The translations under genes and the position numbers were made by a program. Of a stretch of DNA of 64,000 bases, positions 36,691 through 46,803 are shown piece after piece. The stretch is from positions 18,418-82,417 of IMG/VR virus record IMGVR_UViG_3300036860_000542; one strand, written 5' to 3'. The DNA is from a virus. The number at the start of each line of letters is the position of its first letter. The stretch's first letter is position 1. A model generated the notes under the pieces. The model was not told where the DNA came from and ran no database searches. It was given only the letters and a program-made list of their open reading frames with translations.

Positions 36691-36966
36691 ATGCGTCTGA
36701 TGCGTCTCGTCTGCGACGGAAACAAGGATCTGGCTGTGTCCCCCGCGCACGTCATCTCGATCACGAAGGGAGGGGACCGGGACAAGGTCATCGTCCGCCT
36801 CACGGACAACATCTGCCAATTCGTCATCGGCTCCTACGAGGGTGTCATCCTGGAATGGGAACGCGCCCTCAGTGGCCAGCCTCCGGCCTACCTCGGACAC
36901 GAGGAGGACGACCCGGACGACGGCCCACCCGACTCGTTCGATCCGCCCGACTCCGACGGGTACTAG
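36691..36966 (+). CDS. Small protein, weakly FlbD-like
   Basis: AVSPAHVISI..VIVRLTD pattern; AAGGAGG RBS. Confidence 0.45.
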   Translation: MRLMRLVCDGNKDLAVSPAHVISITKGGDRDKVIVRLTDNICQFVIGSYEGVILEWERALSGQPPAYLGHEEDDPDDGPPDSFDPPDSDGY

Positions 36967-37293
36967 CCATGATGAAATCCGTCCCCGAACTGGCCGCTGC
37001 CCTGCATATGGTCCTCGCCAGGCTGGACAGCCAACCCAAGACCTCGGCCGAATGGGAAGCGATCTTCGACGCGCTCCGTGAGGCCAGCCGCTACGCCCTC
37101 AAGAAACTCCAGGAGGAAAGATAGCCATGGAAAACTTCAGCGTCCACGTGGACGACATGTTCGACTGGGAAGACGACGAGCCGACCGAGGTGTGGTCGCG
37201 CACCCTGCCTGGGTTCGTGCCGGCGCCCCCTTCGGAGAAGCCCACCGTCCGCGCCATGAAGCCCATCCGACTCCAGGCCAAGGAGGGTGCGTC

Positions 37294-37662
37294 GTGAACG
37301 TGAACATCCGACTCATCGACATCTGCTTCTGCGACTACCTCCTCGATCACCACAACCGCGACGGGGAGATCCTCGTCGGAGTGCCGCTACGTGGGCAGTC
37401 CGCGGAGGAAATGGCCTCGGACATCGTGGACGAGGTCAACCGCGCCGACGACGGGGTGCCCGAGACGCTCACCGACGATCTCGTGTACGAACACGCGCTC
37501 GCCTGCCTGGCGCTGCCCCGGATGTCCTTCCTCTCGCCCATCCCGGAGTTCGCTCCCAACCCGTGCGAGTGCGGCCAGCGCAACGGCGACTGCGACTGCG
37601 AGCAGCCCTCCGCGTGGTTCCTCGTCAAGTGGGACATCGAACAGCAGGAGGTCGCGTCATGA
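37294..37662 (+). CDS. Hypothetical protein
   Basis: AAGGAGG RBS before GTG; CEC..CDC. Confidence 0.55.
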   Translation: MNVNIRLIDICFCDYLLDHHNRDGEILVGVPLRGQSAEEMASDIVDEVNRADDGVPETLTDDLVYEHALACLALPRMSFLSPIPEFAPNPCECGQRNGDCDCEQPSAWFLVKWDIEQQEVAS

Positions 37663-37859
37663 CGAAGAAGGACTATCAGCTCATCGCGGAGGCTCTCACG
37701 AACTCACGGTGCCCCAAGGTCGGTCCCAAAGACCGAGGGGCGGCTGAGATCAACACCGTCGTGGACGACGTCGTGAGGCAACTGGCCGAGGCGCTGTCCA
37801 AGGACAACCCGCGGTTCGATCGTCAACGGTTCCTCGCTGCCTGCAACTACATGCAGTAG
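37659..37859 (+). CDS. Conserved small phage protein
   Basis: MTKKDYQLIAEAL..NPRFDRQRFLAAC family pattern. Confidence 0.75.
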   Translation: MTKKDYQLIAEALTNSRCPKVGPKDRGAAEINTVVDDVVRQLAEALSKDNPRFDRQRFLAACNYMQ

Positions 37860-37874
37860 CGACTCGCAACTCTC

Positions 37875-37903
37875 TTGACAACGTCTCAACCGATGTACAT
37901 CAT
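37875..37903 (+). promoter_or_regulatory. Sigma70-like promoter with overlapping ATGTACAT palindrome
   Basis: TTGACA-N17-CATCAT; ATGTACAT at 37893-37900. Confidence 0.65.
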
Positions 37904-37925
37904 CAGAAACCAGGAGGGAACACCC

Positions 37926-39092
37926 ATGGCACTCTTCCATCACGATCACCGCAACTACGACGAGGCCGCTTCCGAGGCCGCCAAGCGGGCGCGCAAGCAC
38001 CTCGAAGAGCAGATCGAGGCCGGCAAGGCCAAGGCCCTGGCCGTCATCGACAAGGTCATCGACGAGACCCCGAAGGACAAGATCGTCCGCGTCGATCGGC
38101 TGGAGTTCGACGCCAAGCCGAACGGCCAGCAAGTCGCCGTCTACGAGGGTCGCAAGCCGCGAACCATCGAGGGCGCCGACCTCGTCATCAATCCCGCGGA
38201 GAACGGCTGGGAACGTCTGCACCGCAACGCCCTCGGCCAGATGGCCGAGCGGGCGGGCATCCCGATGTCGTACATCTCCACCCTGGAGAATCAGGGTCTG
38301 TGGGGAAAGAAGCTGATCGCGGAGAACCTCCGCCAGCTCTTCGACCACAAGGCGGATGAGAAGTACCTCCTCCGCTCCGTCCACAACGAGGTGCGCGGCT
38401 TCCTGAGCAACAAGTACCGGCGCCTCAACACCCAGCAGCTCATCGAGACCGCGACCAAGGCGTTCAGGGAGCTTGGTCTGGTCCCGGTGGACGGCATCGG
38501 CACCGACACCCGCATCCGCATTCGCGCCCTCCTCCCCGTCATCTTCGAGCCGGTCCCGGGCGAGATCATCTGCTACGGCCTCGATTGGGGCCAGAGCGAC
38601 TTCGGCAACGGCGCGCACGTCGCGTCGGCCTTCATGGATCGCCTCTGGTGCACCAACACGGGTGTGATGCACTCGCAACTCCGTGAGGTCCACCTCGGCA
38701 CCCGCCTCTCCGAGGACATCGCGTGGTCCGATCGGACCTACAAGCTGGACAGCGATCGGTCCGCCTCGATGCTCGAGGACATGATCAAGGGCGCCCTCTC
38801 CCCGGCCAAGGTCGAAGAGATGAACGCACTCATCGTCCAGGCCGACGCCGAGAAGGTGGAGTCCAGGGACGTGGACGCCTACCTCAAGAAGAACCTCACC
38901 AAGGGCCTCGCCGAGAAGGTCTCCGAGGCCTTCCGATCGAACGACGTCGAGATGTTGCCCCCGGGCAACACCAAGTGGCGGCTGTCGAACGCTCTGTCCT
39001 GGATCGCCCAGAAGGTCGAGGACAAGGAGCAGACGCTGGATCTCCAGCGTCTCGCCGGCCAGGTCGTCGAGGGTCTCCAGAAGGCGGCGTAG
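37926..39092 (+). CDS. DUF932-like phage/plasmid protein
   Basis: ALGQMAERAGIP, VRGFLSNKYRRLN, SDFGNG..RLWCTNT..HLG, WRLSNALS. Confidence 0.7.
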   Translation: MALFHHDHRNYDEAASEAAKRARKHLEEQIEAGKAKALAVIDKVIDETPKDKIVRVDRLEFDAKPNGQQVAVYEGRKPRTIEGADLVINPAENGWERLHRNALGQMAERAGIPMSYISTLENQGLWGKKLIAENLRQLFDHKADEKYLLRSVHNEVRGFLSNKYRRLNTQQLIETATKAFRELGLVPVDGIGTDTRIRIRALLPVIFEPVPGEIICYGLDWGQSDFGNGAHVASAFMDRLWCTNTGVMHSQLREVHLGTRLSEDIAWSDRTYKLDSDRSASMLEDMIKGALSPAKVEEMNALIVQADAEKVESRDVDAYLKKNLTKGLAEKVSEAFRSNDVEMLPPGNTKWRLSNALSWIAQKVEDKEQTLDLQRLAGQVVEGLQKAA

Positions 39093-39100
39093 AACGGTCT

Positions 39101-39175
39101 GTAGTCCCCCCAGGGGTTGCGAGCCGCAATGCGGAAGGCGACCAAGCCAAGGTTCGCAACCTCGCTGGGGACTAT
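39101..39175 (+). ncRNA. Candidate structured RNA element
   Basis: TAGTCCCC/GGGGACTA outer stem plus 13-bp GGGGTTGCGAGCC/GGTTCGCAACCTC stem with G-U pairs and a branched loop. Confidence 0.4.
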
Positions 39176-39191
39176 CGAAAAGGGGTGAACG

Positions 39192-40529
39192 ATGAAACGC
39201 ATCGAGTTGACGATCAAGGTGGACTACCTTCCGACCTGGGGCTTGTGGGAGGGGGTCCGAGAGCTGGTTCAGAACGCTCGAGACGCGGAGATCGAGCATC
39301 AGGCCAGTCTCGTCGCTTTCCACAACGGGACCACGAACACGCTCACGATCAAGAACGATGGGGTGGACCTTCCCCACGAGGCCCTGCTCCTCGGCCACAC
39401 GACCAAGAACGAGCGGACCGACACGATCGGGAAGTTTGGCGAGGGTCTCAAGCTGGGAGTCCTAGCCCTCGTCCGCGCCGGTCACAAGGTCGTCATCCAC
39501 ACAGGCAGGGAGATCTGGAAGCCTGCGCTCGTCCCCTCCACGCAATTCGAGGGCTCGACGGTCCTGGCCTTCACGATCGAGCGTCGGCCGCGCCGCACCT
39601 CGCCACAGGTGCGCGTGGACGTCTGCGACATCGACGAGGAGGCCTGGAAGGACATGAAGCGGTCGTTCCTCTTCCTGTCCGAACGGAAGGACGACGACAC
39701 CGTGGTCACGGCCAACGGAACGCTCCTCCTCGCGCCGCGCATGAAGGGGCGTGTCCACGTCAAGGGGATCTTCGTCCAGGCGAAGTCTCGCCTCGAGTAC
39801 GGCTACGACATGACCGGCGACGTGGAGCTGGACCGAGACCGGCGCATCGTGGCGAGTTGGGATCTCGAGAACCGTCTCGGAGCGATCTGGAACGAGGCTG
39901 TGCAGCTTCGGCCGGACCTGCTCGATCCCTTCTACAAGCTGTTGGAGGAGGGCAAGGAGGACGTCTACCGCTTCCACTATTCGGCCAACGTCTCGGATCA
40001 GGTGGCCATCCAGGTCACCGACAAATTCCAGGGACGATTCGGCACGGACGCCGTCCCGGTCTCCAACCTGGGGGACAGCAAGACGATCGAGCACTTCGGC
40101 AAGCGTGGGATCGTGGTCTCCAAGCCGCTCGCCAACATCCTCCACGTGACGCTCGGGGACATCGAGGAGGTCAAGAAGAAGCTGGCCGAGGAGGTTGTGG
40201 AGCACTTCTCGTGGGGAGACCTATCCGATGTCGAGCGGACCCATCTCGAGCGGGCTGTCGAGCTCTTGGATGGACGTTGCTCTCTCAACGACGTGGACGT
40301 CGTCCGCTTCCGCAGTGCGAACCTCCTCGGCCAATACAAGGTCGGGCGGCTCCTCCTCGCGAAGCGCATCCTCGACACGTTCAAGACCACCCTCGCGACC
40401 CTGGTCCACGAGGTTGCTCACAACAACGGCGGCGACGGCGAGAAGGGCCACGTTGCGGCGCTGGAAGCGATCTGGTCCGACATCGTCATCCGAGTCCTGG
40501 AAGGAGGCAGTCATGGCAGCACACACTAA
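39192..40529 (+). CDS. GHKL (HATPase_c) ATPase fused to a C-terminal HExxH metalloprotease-like domain
   Basis: RELVQNARD, NDG, IGKFGEGLKLG; C-terminal LVHEVAH..H. Confidence 0.8.
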   Translation: MKRIELTIKVDYLPTWGLWEGVRELVQNARDAEIEHQASLVAFHNGTTNTLTIKNDGVDLPHEALLLGHTTKNERTDTIGKFGEGLKLGVLALVRAGHKVVIHTGREIWKPALVPSTQFEGSTVLAFTIERRPRRTSPQVRVDVCDIDEEAWKDMKRSFLFLSERKDDDTVVTANGTLLLAPRMKGRVHVKGIFVQAKSRLEYGYDMTGDVELDRDRRIVASWDLENRLGAIWNEAVQLRPDLLDPFYKLLEEGKEDVYRFHYSANVSDQVAIQVTDKFQGRFGTDAVPVSNLGDSKTIEHFGKRGIVVSKPLANILHVTLGDIEEVKKKLAEEVVEHFSWGDLSDVERTHLERAVELLDGRCSLNDVDVVRFRSANLLGQYKVGRLLLAKRILDTFKTTLATLVHEVAHNNGGDGEKGHVAALEAIWSDIVIRVLEGGSHGSTH

Positions 40530-41478
40530 GGCGGAACGCATCACCCGAACGAGGATGGATACCATCCTCATCACCGCTCGCATGATCGAATCCTGGAAGG
40601 CTCCTCCTTGCCAGCGACGTCTCCGCATCAACGAGAAGGTTCGGAAGCTGTCCGAGCAGATCAAGGCGAGCGGTGGCGTGATCCCGGGCATCATCCACCT
40701 CGCCGTGGTGAACAACGTCACCTACTTGCTCGACGGACAACACCGGATGTACGCCTTCTCCATGTCCGGCTCGGAGGAGGGGTACGCCGACGTCTGCTGG
40801 CACTACTTCGACGACACGGCGGAGATGGGCATCGAGTTCGACGCGCTCAACTCGCGACTCGTGGCCATGAAACCGGACGATCACCTCCGGGCGCAGGAGG
40901 AATCGAGTCCCTACCTGCAGTTGATCCGCAAGAGGTGTCCGTTCATCGGCTACGACAACATCCGTCGGTCGGCCACCTCCTCGCCCGTCGTGTCCATGTC
41001 GGCCGCGCTCCGGTGTTGGTTCGGATCGCGACCCGAGGTGCCGACCACGGCGGGCGGGTCCTGCTCGCAGAACCTCGCCGGAGATCTCACCGAAGAGGAG
41101 ACGGAGAACTTCGTCTCGTTCATGACGTGCTGCTTCGCGGCCTGGGGCCGGGACGCGGAGTACCACAAGCTGTGGGGCGGTTTGACAGTGCTCCTTAGCG
41201 CCTGGCTGTACCGGAGGACCGTCATCTCGCAATACTCGCCGAACTCCACGCGACTCGGTCGCGACGTCTTCACCAAGTGCCTCATGTCCCTGTCCGCCAA
41301 CAAGCACTACGTGGACTGGATCGTGGGTCGTCTGGCCAACAGCGAGCGGGATCGTTCGCCGGCCTACACCAAGCTCAAGGCTGTCTTCACCAAGCGTGTG
41401 ATGGACGAGACCGGGAAGAAGCCCCGCCTTCCCGCGCCGGCCTGGCAGCTCGGTCACACCAAGGGAGGGGAACCATGA
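40513..41478 (+). CDS. ParB-like / DGQHR-domain protein
   Basis: QRRL..YLLDGQHR..F..LN. Confidence 0.75.
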   Translation: MAAHTKAERITRTRMDTILITARMIESWKAPPCQRRLRINEKVRKLSEQIKASGGVIPGIIHLAVVNNVTYLLDGQHRMYAFSMSGSEEGYADVCWHYFDDTAEMGIEFDALNSRLVAMKPDDHLRAQEESSPYLQLIRKRCPFIGYDNIRRSATSSPVVSMSAALRCWFGSRPEVPTTAGGSCSQNLAGDLTEEETENFVSFMTCCFAAWGRDAEYHKLWGGLTVLLSAWLYRRTVISQYSPNSTRLGRDVFTKCLMSLSANKHYVDWIVGRLANSERDRSPAYTKLKAVFTKRVMDETGKKPRLPAPAWQLGHTKGGEP

Positions 41479-41789
41479 CGAACGGCGTTCAGACCCCTGA
41501 GTTGGACAAGCTCAGGAAGATCTCGCACTACTCACAGAAGATCGGCGAGTTCCTGGAGTGGTTGAAGCGAGCGGGGTTCGTCATCGCCGTACGCCACTAC
41601 CACACCAACGACTGTCGGCCTTCTCGTCCGACCGCGTTCGGCGAGTGCGGCATGCGCGATGGTGACCTGTTCGAGGCCGCCTACAGCACGCGAACTCTCC
41701 TCGGCCGCTTCTTCAAGCTCGATCTGGACAAGATCGAGTCGGAGAAGCGTGCGTTGCTCGAGGTCATCAAGAAGGGACACGCGCCGTGA
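41475..41789 (+). CDS. Conserved phage hypothetical protein
   Basis: PELDKL..SQKIGEFLEWL..LLGRFFKLD..ESEKRALL. Confidence 0.65.
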   Translation: MTNGVQTPELDKLRKISHYSQKIGEFLEWLKRAGFVIAVRHYHTNDCRPSRPTAFGECGMRDGDLFEAAYSTRTLLGRFFKLDLDKIESEKRALLEVIKKGHAP

Positions 41790-42015
41790 TGCGCCGCATC
41801 GCCGTCTGGCTGCTCGATCGGGCGGAGAAGCTCTACCTGCACGTCCACGGGTGGAAACACACCGGCCCGAACGAGTGGGACTCGCCCAAAGACCACGAGA
41901 AGCGACACGTGGCCATCACCCAGACCCACGCCATCAACTCATGCCGCTACTGGCACGCCCAACGAAGGCGAACCCTCCGGCTCATGAAGGGCGGTTTTCT
42001 GAAGGAGCGTAAGCC

Positions 42016-42507
42016 ATGAGCGACAACGACTACTGCGAATCTTGTGGGGCCAACCTGCTCCTCACCGGGATGCAGCACAACCCAAACTGTTCGGACACCT
42101 TCGCGCTCGATGAGCCCTACCCACCCCGTATGTCATCCGCTTACGAGTGGAAGCTGAACGAGTGGAAGCGCAGCGGCGCTAAGGAGGAAGAGATCTTCGA
42201 GGCCGGCCCTCTCCGCTTCAACATCAGCCGCGCCAAGCGCATCATCGTCAAGGCGCCTAGGCCCGTGATCCGCCTTCCGCTGGAACCGTTTGCGACGCTT
42301 CTCGAGATCCTAGTGGATCTCGGTCCGTCCATCCCGGGACGGGACTACAACGTCACCTTCCCCATCATCGTCGCGACGCTCAAACAAGGTGGGAAGATCC
42401 CCATCGACGGGTGGCATCGCATCGATAAGGCCCTGAAGCTTGGACTGGCGTCCATTCCGACGGTGATCCTCACCGTCGAAGAGACCAAGGTCGTGAGGAG
42501 GAAGTGA
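42016..42507 (+). CDS. ParB/sulfiredoxin-like N-domain protein
   Basis: PIIV..IDGWHRI.KA..LG. Confidence 0.65.
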   Translation: MSDNDYCESCGANLLLTGMQHNPNCSDTFALDEPYPPRMSSAYEWKLNEWKRSGAKEEEIFEAGPLRFNISRAKRIIVKAPRPVIRLPLEPFATLLEILVDLGPSIPGRDYNVTFPIIVATLKQGGKIPIDGWHRIDKALKLGLASIPTVILTVEETKVVRRK

Positions 42508-43293
42508 TGCCGTACCGCACCATGAAGCCGATCGATCCGCCGCCGCCCGTGTTGAAGAAGCTGAGCGAGTTCCCGGATACCGTGGCTGGTCTTCGGGCCC
42601 TCATATACGCCGTAAGGGATGCCCCACCTGGAAGCTCTCACTACGGCCTCTATTGGCAGATCAAGGGCTCCTTTCCCGACGAGCGGTGGTTCCCCAAACT
42701 CGTCGCCGCGCTGGGAGATCTCGAGCGTCGCATCATCGCGATCGAACACCAGCTCATCCGATTCGAACTCGGAGGGAGGTAGATCATGGACACCAGACCT
42801 GGGTTCTCCATCGTCGTGGACATTGGCCATGACAGCGACAGAGCCGGCGGGGACATCCTGGAGGTCTCCCTCTACTGCGCCCGTTGCAATCGTCTCATCC
42901 TGTCCTGGCGACCTCCTACGCCGCTGGACACGATCGAACGCGAGGCCGATCGGCACCCGGCCGAATGCAATCTGGGAAGGAAGGGAAAACGATGACCGAC
43001 TTCAGATTCGGAGCGCTACTCCAGCGGGTCGCGGAGGCCATCGAGAGGGTGCAACACTGGGAAGTGATCCGGGACCCCCCGGAGGGATACGACGTGTACC
43101 GAGGGAGCTACCGGGACATCAACGTCTACGTGGGCGGGCACCAGACCCAGGACGCCATCCTGGAGGGGACGGCTGTCTTCCTGGGAGCGAACCTCCCCAT
43201 CCTTCGCCTTACCCCGGAGATGGCCCACCGAGCCCTCGAGCTGGCGCGGAGCGCGAGGAGGGCGCAGGCTTCCTGATTCTTGCGACTCGGAAC

Positions 43294-43323
43294 TTGACAT
43301 CAACCACGCACGATGTACATGCT
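43294..43323 (+). promoter_or_regulatory. Sigma70-like promoter with overlapping ATGTACAT palindrome
   Basis: TTGACA-N18-CATGCT; ATGTACAT at 43313-43320. Confidence 0.65.
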
Positions 43324-43347
43324 GTTCTAACCCAAGGAGCAACCACC

Positions 43348-44280
43348 ATGAGCGAGCTCGTCATGAAGCGTTTCGAAGACCTGGTCGAGAACAAGTCGGC
43401 CGGTTTCACCAATCCCCGCGAGAAGTTCGACGCCAACAAGCTCAAGGAGCTGGCGGCCGACATCAAGGAGCGTGGACTCGTCTACCCGCTGCAGGTCTGG
43501 GAGGCGGAGTACGAGGGCAAGAAGATGTTCGTCGTGGTCGGCGGCGAGCGTCGGCGCCTGGCGATCGGCATGCTGATCGAGTCCGGCGACTGGCCGAAGG
43601 GTCGCGGCATCGAGTGCCGGCTCGTCAAGGCCACCAACCTCAAGGAGGCGCACTACGAGGCCGTCTCCGACAACCTCCACCGTGAGGACCTGTCCTCGTA
43701 CGAGCTCGCCAAGGAAGTTGCGAGTCTCAAGATCCTCGGCGACTCGCAGAAGACGATCGCCCAGCACCTCAACAAGTCCGAGACCTGGATCAGCCGCAAG
43801 CTGAAAGCATACGAGTCGGCCTCACCGGCTCTGCGCTCCGCCTGGAAGACCGGCAAGGTCCCGGATGACACCGTCGAGGACATCGCTTCGCTGCCCGAAG
43901 AGGAGCAGGATGACGCCGTCGAGGCGCAGATCAAGCTGCGCGAGAAGGGAACCTCCCAGGCCAAGAAGGCGGCCAAGAAGGCGGCGAAGAAGAAGGCCAA
44001 GAAGCTGCAGCGCGCCTCCACCAGGGAGCTCTCAGCTGTCCTCGCGATCACCGAGAAGGCGCCGAAGGACAACTCCTACCTCCGCGGCATGAGCGACGCG
44101 CTCCGTCTCTCCCTCGGTATGCTCGAGGAAGACGACCTCAAGGGCGACTTCAAGCAGCTCAAGAAGGAGCTCGAGAAGGCCGCCGCCGTCGAGGAGGCAG
44201 AAGCGGAGGCCAAGGCGGAAGCCAAGGCGACGGCGAAGGCCGCGAAGAAGAACGGCAAGGCAGTCGAAGCAGCCGCCTGA
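43348..44280 (+). CDS. ParB/Spo0J-family partition protein
   Basis: NPREKF..LKELAADIKERGLVYPL, GGERRRLA, DNLHREDL, HTH (QKTIAQHLNKSETWIS); K/A-rich tail. Confidence 0.88.
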   Translation: MSELVMKRFEDLVENKSAGFTNPREKFDANKLKELAADIKERGLVYPLQVWEAEYEGKKMFVVVGGERRRLAIGMLIESGDWPKGRGIECRLVKATNLKEAHYEAVSDNLHREDLSSYELAKEVASLKILGDSQKTIAQHLNKSETWISRKLKAYESASPALRSAWKTGKVPDDTVEDIASLPEEEQDDAVEAQIKLREKGTSQAKKAAKKAAKKKAKKLQRASTRELSAVLAITEKAPKDNSYLRGMSDALRLSLGMLEEDDLKGDFKQLKKELEKAAAVEEAEAEAKAEAKATAKAAKKNGKAVEAAA

Positions 44281-44303
44281 GAGGCGGCTAGGAGGGGGAA
44301 CCC

Positions 44304-44771
44304 ATGCATCCGTTGCTCGTCGAGGCGCGAAGCGCTTCGCTTTCGCGTCGCATCCGCAATGCCATCATAAGGACCTCTCGCAAGCACGACTTGGCCGTCG
44401 TCCGAGGGCCGTGCGGCTACTTCGACACGTGCGGCGCCTCCTGGACAGGTTGGTACCAGACGGCCGGAGACATCGTCTCCGGCGTCACCGCCAACCAAGT
44501 CGTGAAGCTGAACCGGTCTCGAGGCCGGGTGATCTGTCCCATCTGCGCGGTCCTCGCCGACAAGGGCCTCGAGACCCATATCGGCGGGGACATCGAGGAC
44601 ATGTTCGCCTCGTTGATGGACCTCCACACGCACGAGGTGGTGGGGTTCTTACAGGGGTGGGACGGCGACACCCGAGCGGCCGATGCGGAGGACCTGGTCA
44701 TGTTCAACATGGGCCGCAAGCTGGCTCGTGACCTCGTCGAGGACTTCGACGTGTCGGACGTGTCGTCGTGA
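44304..44771 (+). CDS. Hypothetical protein (CxxC motifs)
   Basis: GGAGG RBS. Confidence 0.55.
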   Translation: MHPLLVEARSASLSRRIRNAIIRTSRKHDLAVVRGPCGYFDTCGASWTGWYQTAGDIVSGVTANQVVKLNRSRGRVICPICAVLADKGLETHIGGDIEDMFASLMDLHTHEVVGFLQGWDGDTRAADAEDLVMFNMGRKLARDLVEDFDVSDVSS

Positions 44772-45216
44772 AGATCGAGCTGAAGGAAAGCGGCTGCGCC
44801 AACCCCTACCACCCCCCGGAGTGCGAGCGGTTGTACCCAGAGTGCATCCGCGACCTTGAAGGACACGTAGTGCTCACCGAGGAGGAGTGGCTGGACGTGT
44901 GCCAGAGGAACATCAGGACCGTCTTCCGTGAGGTGGAGGTCGTGAAGAAGTGCTAATCTGGAGGTGAACGAATGATCGTCTTCGTCGGAACTCAAGTTTT
45001 GGTCTACGCAGGTAGCGATCCGAGGGAGTTCTCCGAGAAGCTGGTCTACCATCGTGTCCTCACGAACGATGAACGACGCAAGCTCGTCACGTGGGCGAAG
45101 GATCGCTTCGGACCCACCGGCCGCATCCTCTTCAAGTCTCTCTCCCCAGACGAACTTGCCCGCGAGATGGCCGAAGCCGAGGCGTTCATGGACTGGGTGG
45201 AAAGGAACAAGGAGCC

Positions 45217-45702
45217 ATGAGCAAGATCCCTGTCAATCCGGGTCCCGCGCACTGGGGTGGTCGTCACGCGGGCGCCTTCCAGCCGCGTGGCCCCATCAAG
45301 GCGTTGGGCAACATTCGCTCGAATCCCGTGGCGTGGGAGAGTGAAGACACCCTATCCGCACGCCTGTTCGTCGGCTTATCTGTCGGCTCGCAACCCAGGT
45401 ACACCCTCGACGATCTCATCGGGATCGTTCGTACGATTCGCGAGGAGCAGGCGCCTGAAGACCCGTCCGTCACCTTCCTCGCGCAGAGAGGCGTCTACAA
45501 GTACAAGGCGACCGGCAAGACCGTCGAGGAGGATGGTGGCCAGGTCATCATCATCGACACGCAAGGGATGGCGCCGAAGGCATTCGAGACGCAGATGGTC
45601 GAGCTCGGTGAGAGCATCGCCCGCTCCCTCGAGCAGGAGATGGTGGTCATCGAGATCCAGCGTCGCGGTCTCGTGGAGAAGACCATTGGCGTGATGCCGT
45701 GA
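45217..45702 (+). CDS. Hypothetical protein with N-terminal NP motifs
   Basis: AAGGAG RBS; PVNP and RSNP. Confidence 0.65.
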   Translation: MSKIPVNPGPAHWGGRHAGAFQPRGPIKALGNIRSNPVAWESEDTLSARLFVGLSVGSQPRYTLDDLIGIVRTIREEQAPEDPSVTFLAQRGVYKYKATGKTVEEDGGQVIIIDTQGMAPKAFETQMVELGESIARSLEQEMVVIEIQRRGLVEKTIGVMP

Positions 45703-46097
45703 AGCCGATGCGGCCGATGAGACCGAAGCAGTTGCGAGCCGCCATTCACGACTGCGACTTGGCTGCTTGGGATCACGACAGACGGAAGCGGCAGTACGCC
45801 CACACCATGCACTACACGGACGTCATCTGCGTCACCCCGGACTTCTGGAAGCTTCCCGAGGGACATCTCCTCGGCATCCTCGCACACGAGGTTGGGCATC
45901 TACTCTCCAGTGCCGAGGAGCACACCGAAGAGGAAGCCGATGAGACCTTCACGACCCACTTCGGAATCTTCATCACCTACCGCGACTCCCCTCATGGGAA
46001 GCGCCTGCAGTACCTCTCACCCGCATGGGCCCGCCAGTTTCGCAAAACATTCCATGTAGATCACGTCAAGAAGTACATCGAGCTCAAGGTCAAGTAG
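45699..46097 (+). CDS. Small HExxH zincin-like protein
   Basis: GILAHEVGH..EEEAD. Confidence 0.7.
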   Translation: MKPMRPMRPKQLRAAIHDCDLAAWDHDRRKRQYAHTMHYTDVICVTPDFWKLPEGHLLGILAHEVGHLLSSAEEHTEEEADETFTTHFGIFITYRDSPHGKRLQYLSPAWARQFRKTFHVDHVKKYIELKVK

Positions 46098-46106
46098 TAT
46101 AGAAGG

Positions 46107-46328
46107 ATGATGAAAGGAATCACCGGGCTCACCGAGTCCAAGCGCGCCGTCCTGGCGGTGCTTCTCATCCTCTGCGCGGCCGTCGCGTTGTTCATCGGGA
46201 AGATCCACTGGGTGGAGTTCAGGGAGTTCACCACGTGGATCTTCATACCGTACGCCGCCGCGGAGACCGTCTCGCACGCCGTGCGAACCATCAAGAGCAA
46301 GGGGGAAGGAAATGGATCGAAGAAGTAG
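46107..46328 (+). CDS. Holin-like two-TM protein
   Basis: Short; two hydrophobic helices; charged C-terminus. Confidence 0.5.
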   Translation: MMKGITGLTESKRAVLAVLLILCAAVALFIGKIHWVEFREFTTWIFIPYAAAETVSHAVRTIKSKGEGNGSKK

Positions 46329-46803
46329 AGTCACCGACGTCGTCTTCGTCTGCTTGCTGCTCGCAAGCGTCTGCGCCATCCTCTCCGCGCTGTCCGGTTG
46401 CGGGCCCTCCATGAAGCAGAAGGCGCTACGCAACGGCATGGTGGTCCTGAACGCCTCGCTGGCCGGCGCCGAGGAGTACGACCGCGCCCACCAGATCGAG
46501 CTCATTGGGGAGAGCGAGAGTGGTGAGGAAGCTCGCGAGAAGCTGGCAGCCTACCGCGGTCGGAGAGAGCTGGTCATCACGGTGTTCGTGGCTGCGTATC
46601 GAGCGCTCGCTATGGCGGCGATGGACCCTACCGATCTGAACGTGACAAACGCGCTGAAGATCGTGGAGGGTGCTCTAGAGACCGTGAAGGAGTTCAAGAA
46701 CCACAAGTCCGAGGCGCCGGAGAAGCTAGATCTCCACAACGACAGCGATGACGACGCGGACGAATACTACGAGTACGTGTACGGACGAGGAGCCGCCCGA
46801 TGA
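46312..46803 (+). CDS. Helical lipoprotein
   Basis: Hydrophobic signal ending LSGC lipobox. Confidence 0.6.
   Translation: MDRRSRVTDVVFVCLLLASVCAILSALSGCGPSMKQKALRNGMVVLNASLAGAEEYDRAHQIELIGESESGEEAREKLAAYRGRRELVITVFVAAYRALAMAAMDPTDLNVTNALKIVEGALETVKEFKNHKSEAPEKLDLHNDSDDDADEYYEYVYGRGAAR

Noticed and set aside
39101-39175. tRNA gene (GGTTCGCAACC resembles a T-arm)
   Set aside because: No cloverleaf, anticodon arm or CCA end; the segment pairs in a long stem instead.
38723-40585. 620-aa Arg/Gly/Pro-rich ORF as a second basic protein
   Set aside because: Alternative frame overlapping the DUF932-like and GHKL genes; composition is typical of an off-frame GC-rich translation.
40513-41478. Dnd phosphorothioation system
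   Set aside because: Only a DGQHR motif is present; no dndA/C/D/E homologues were seen.
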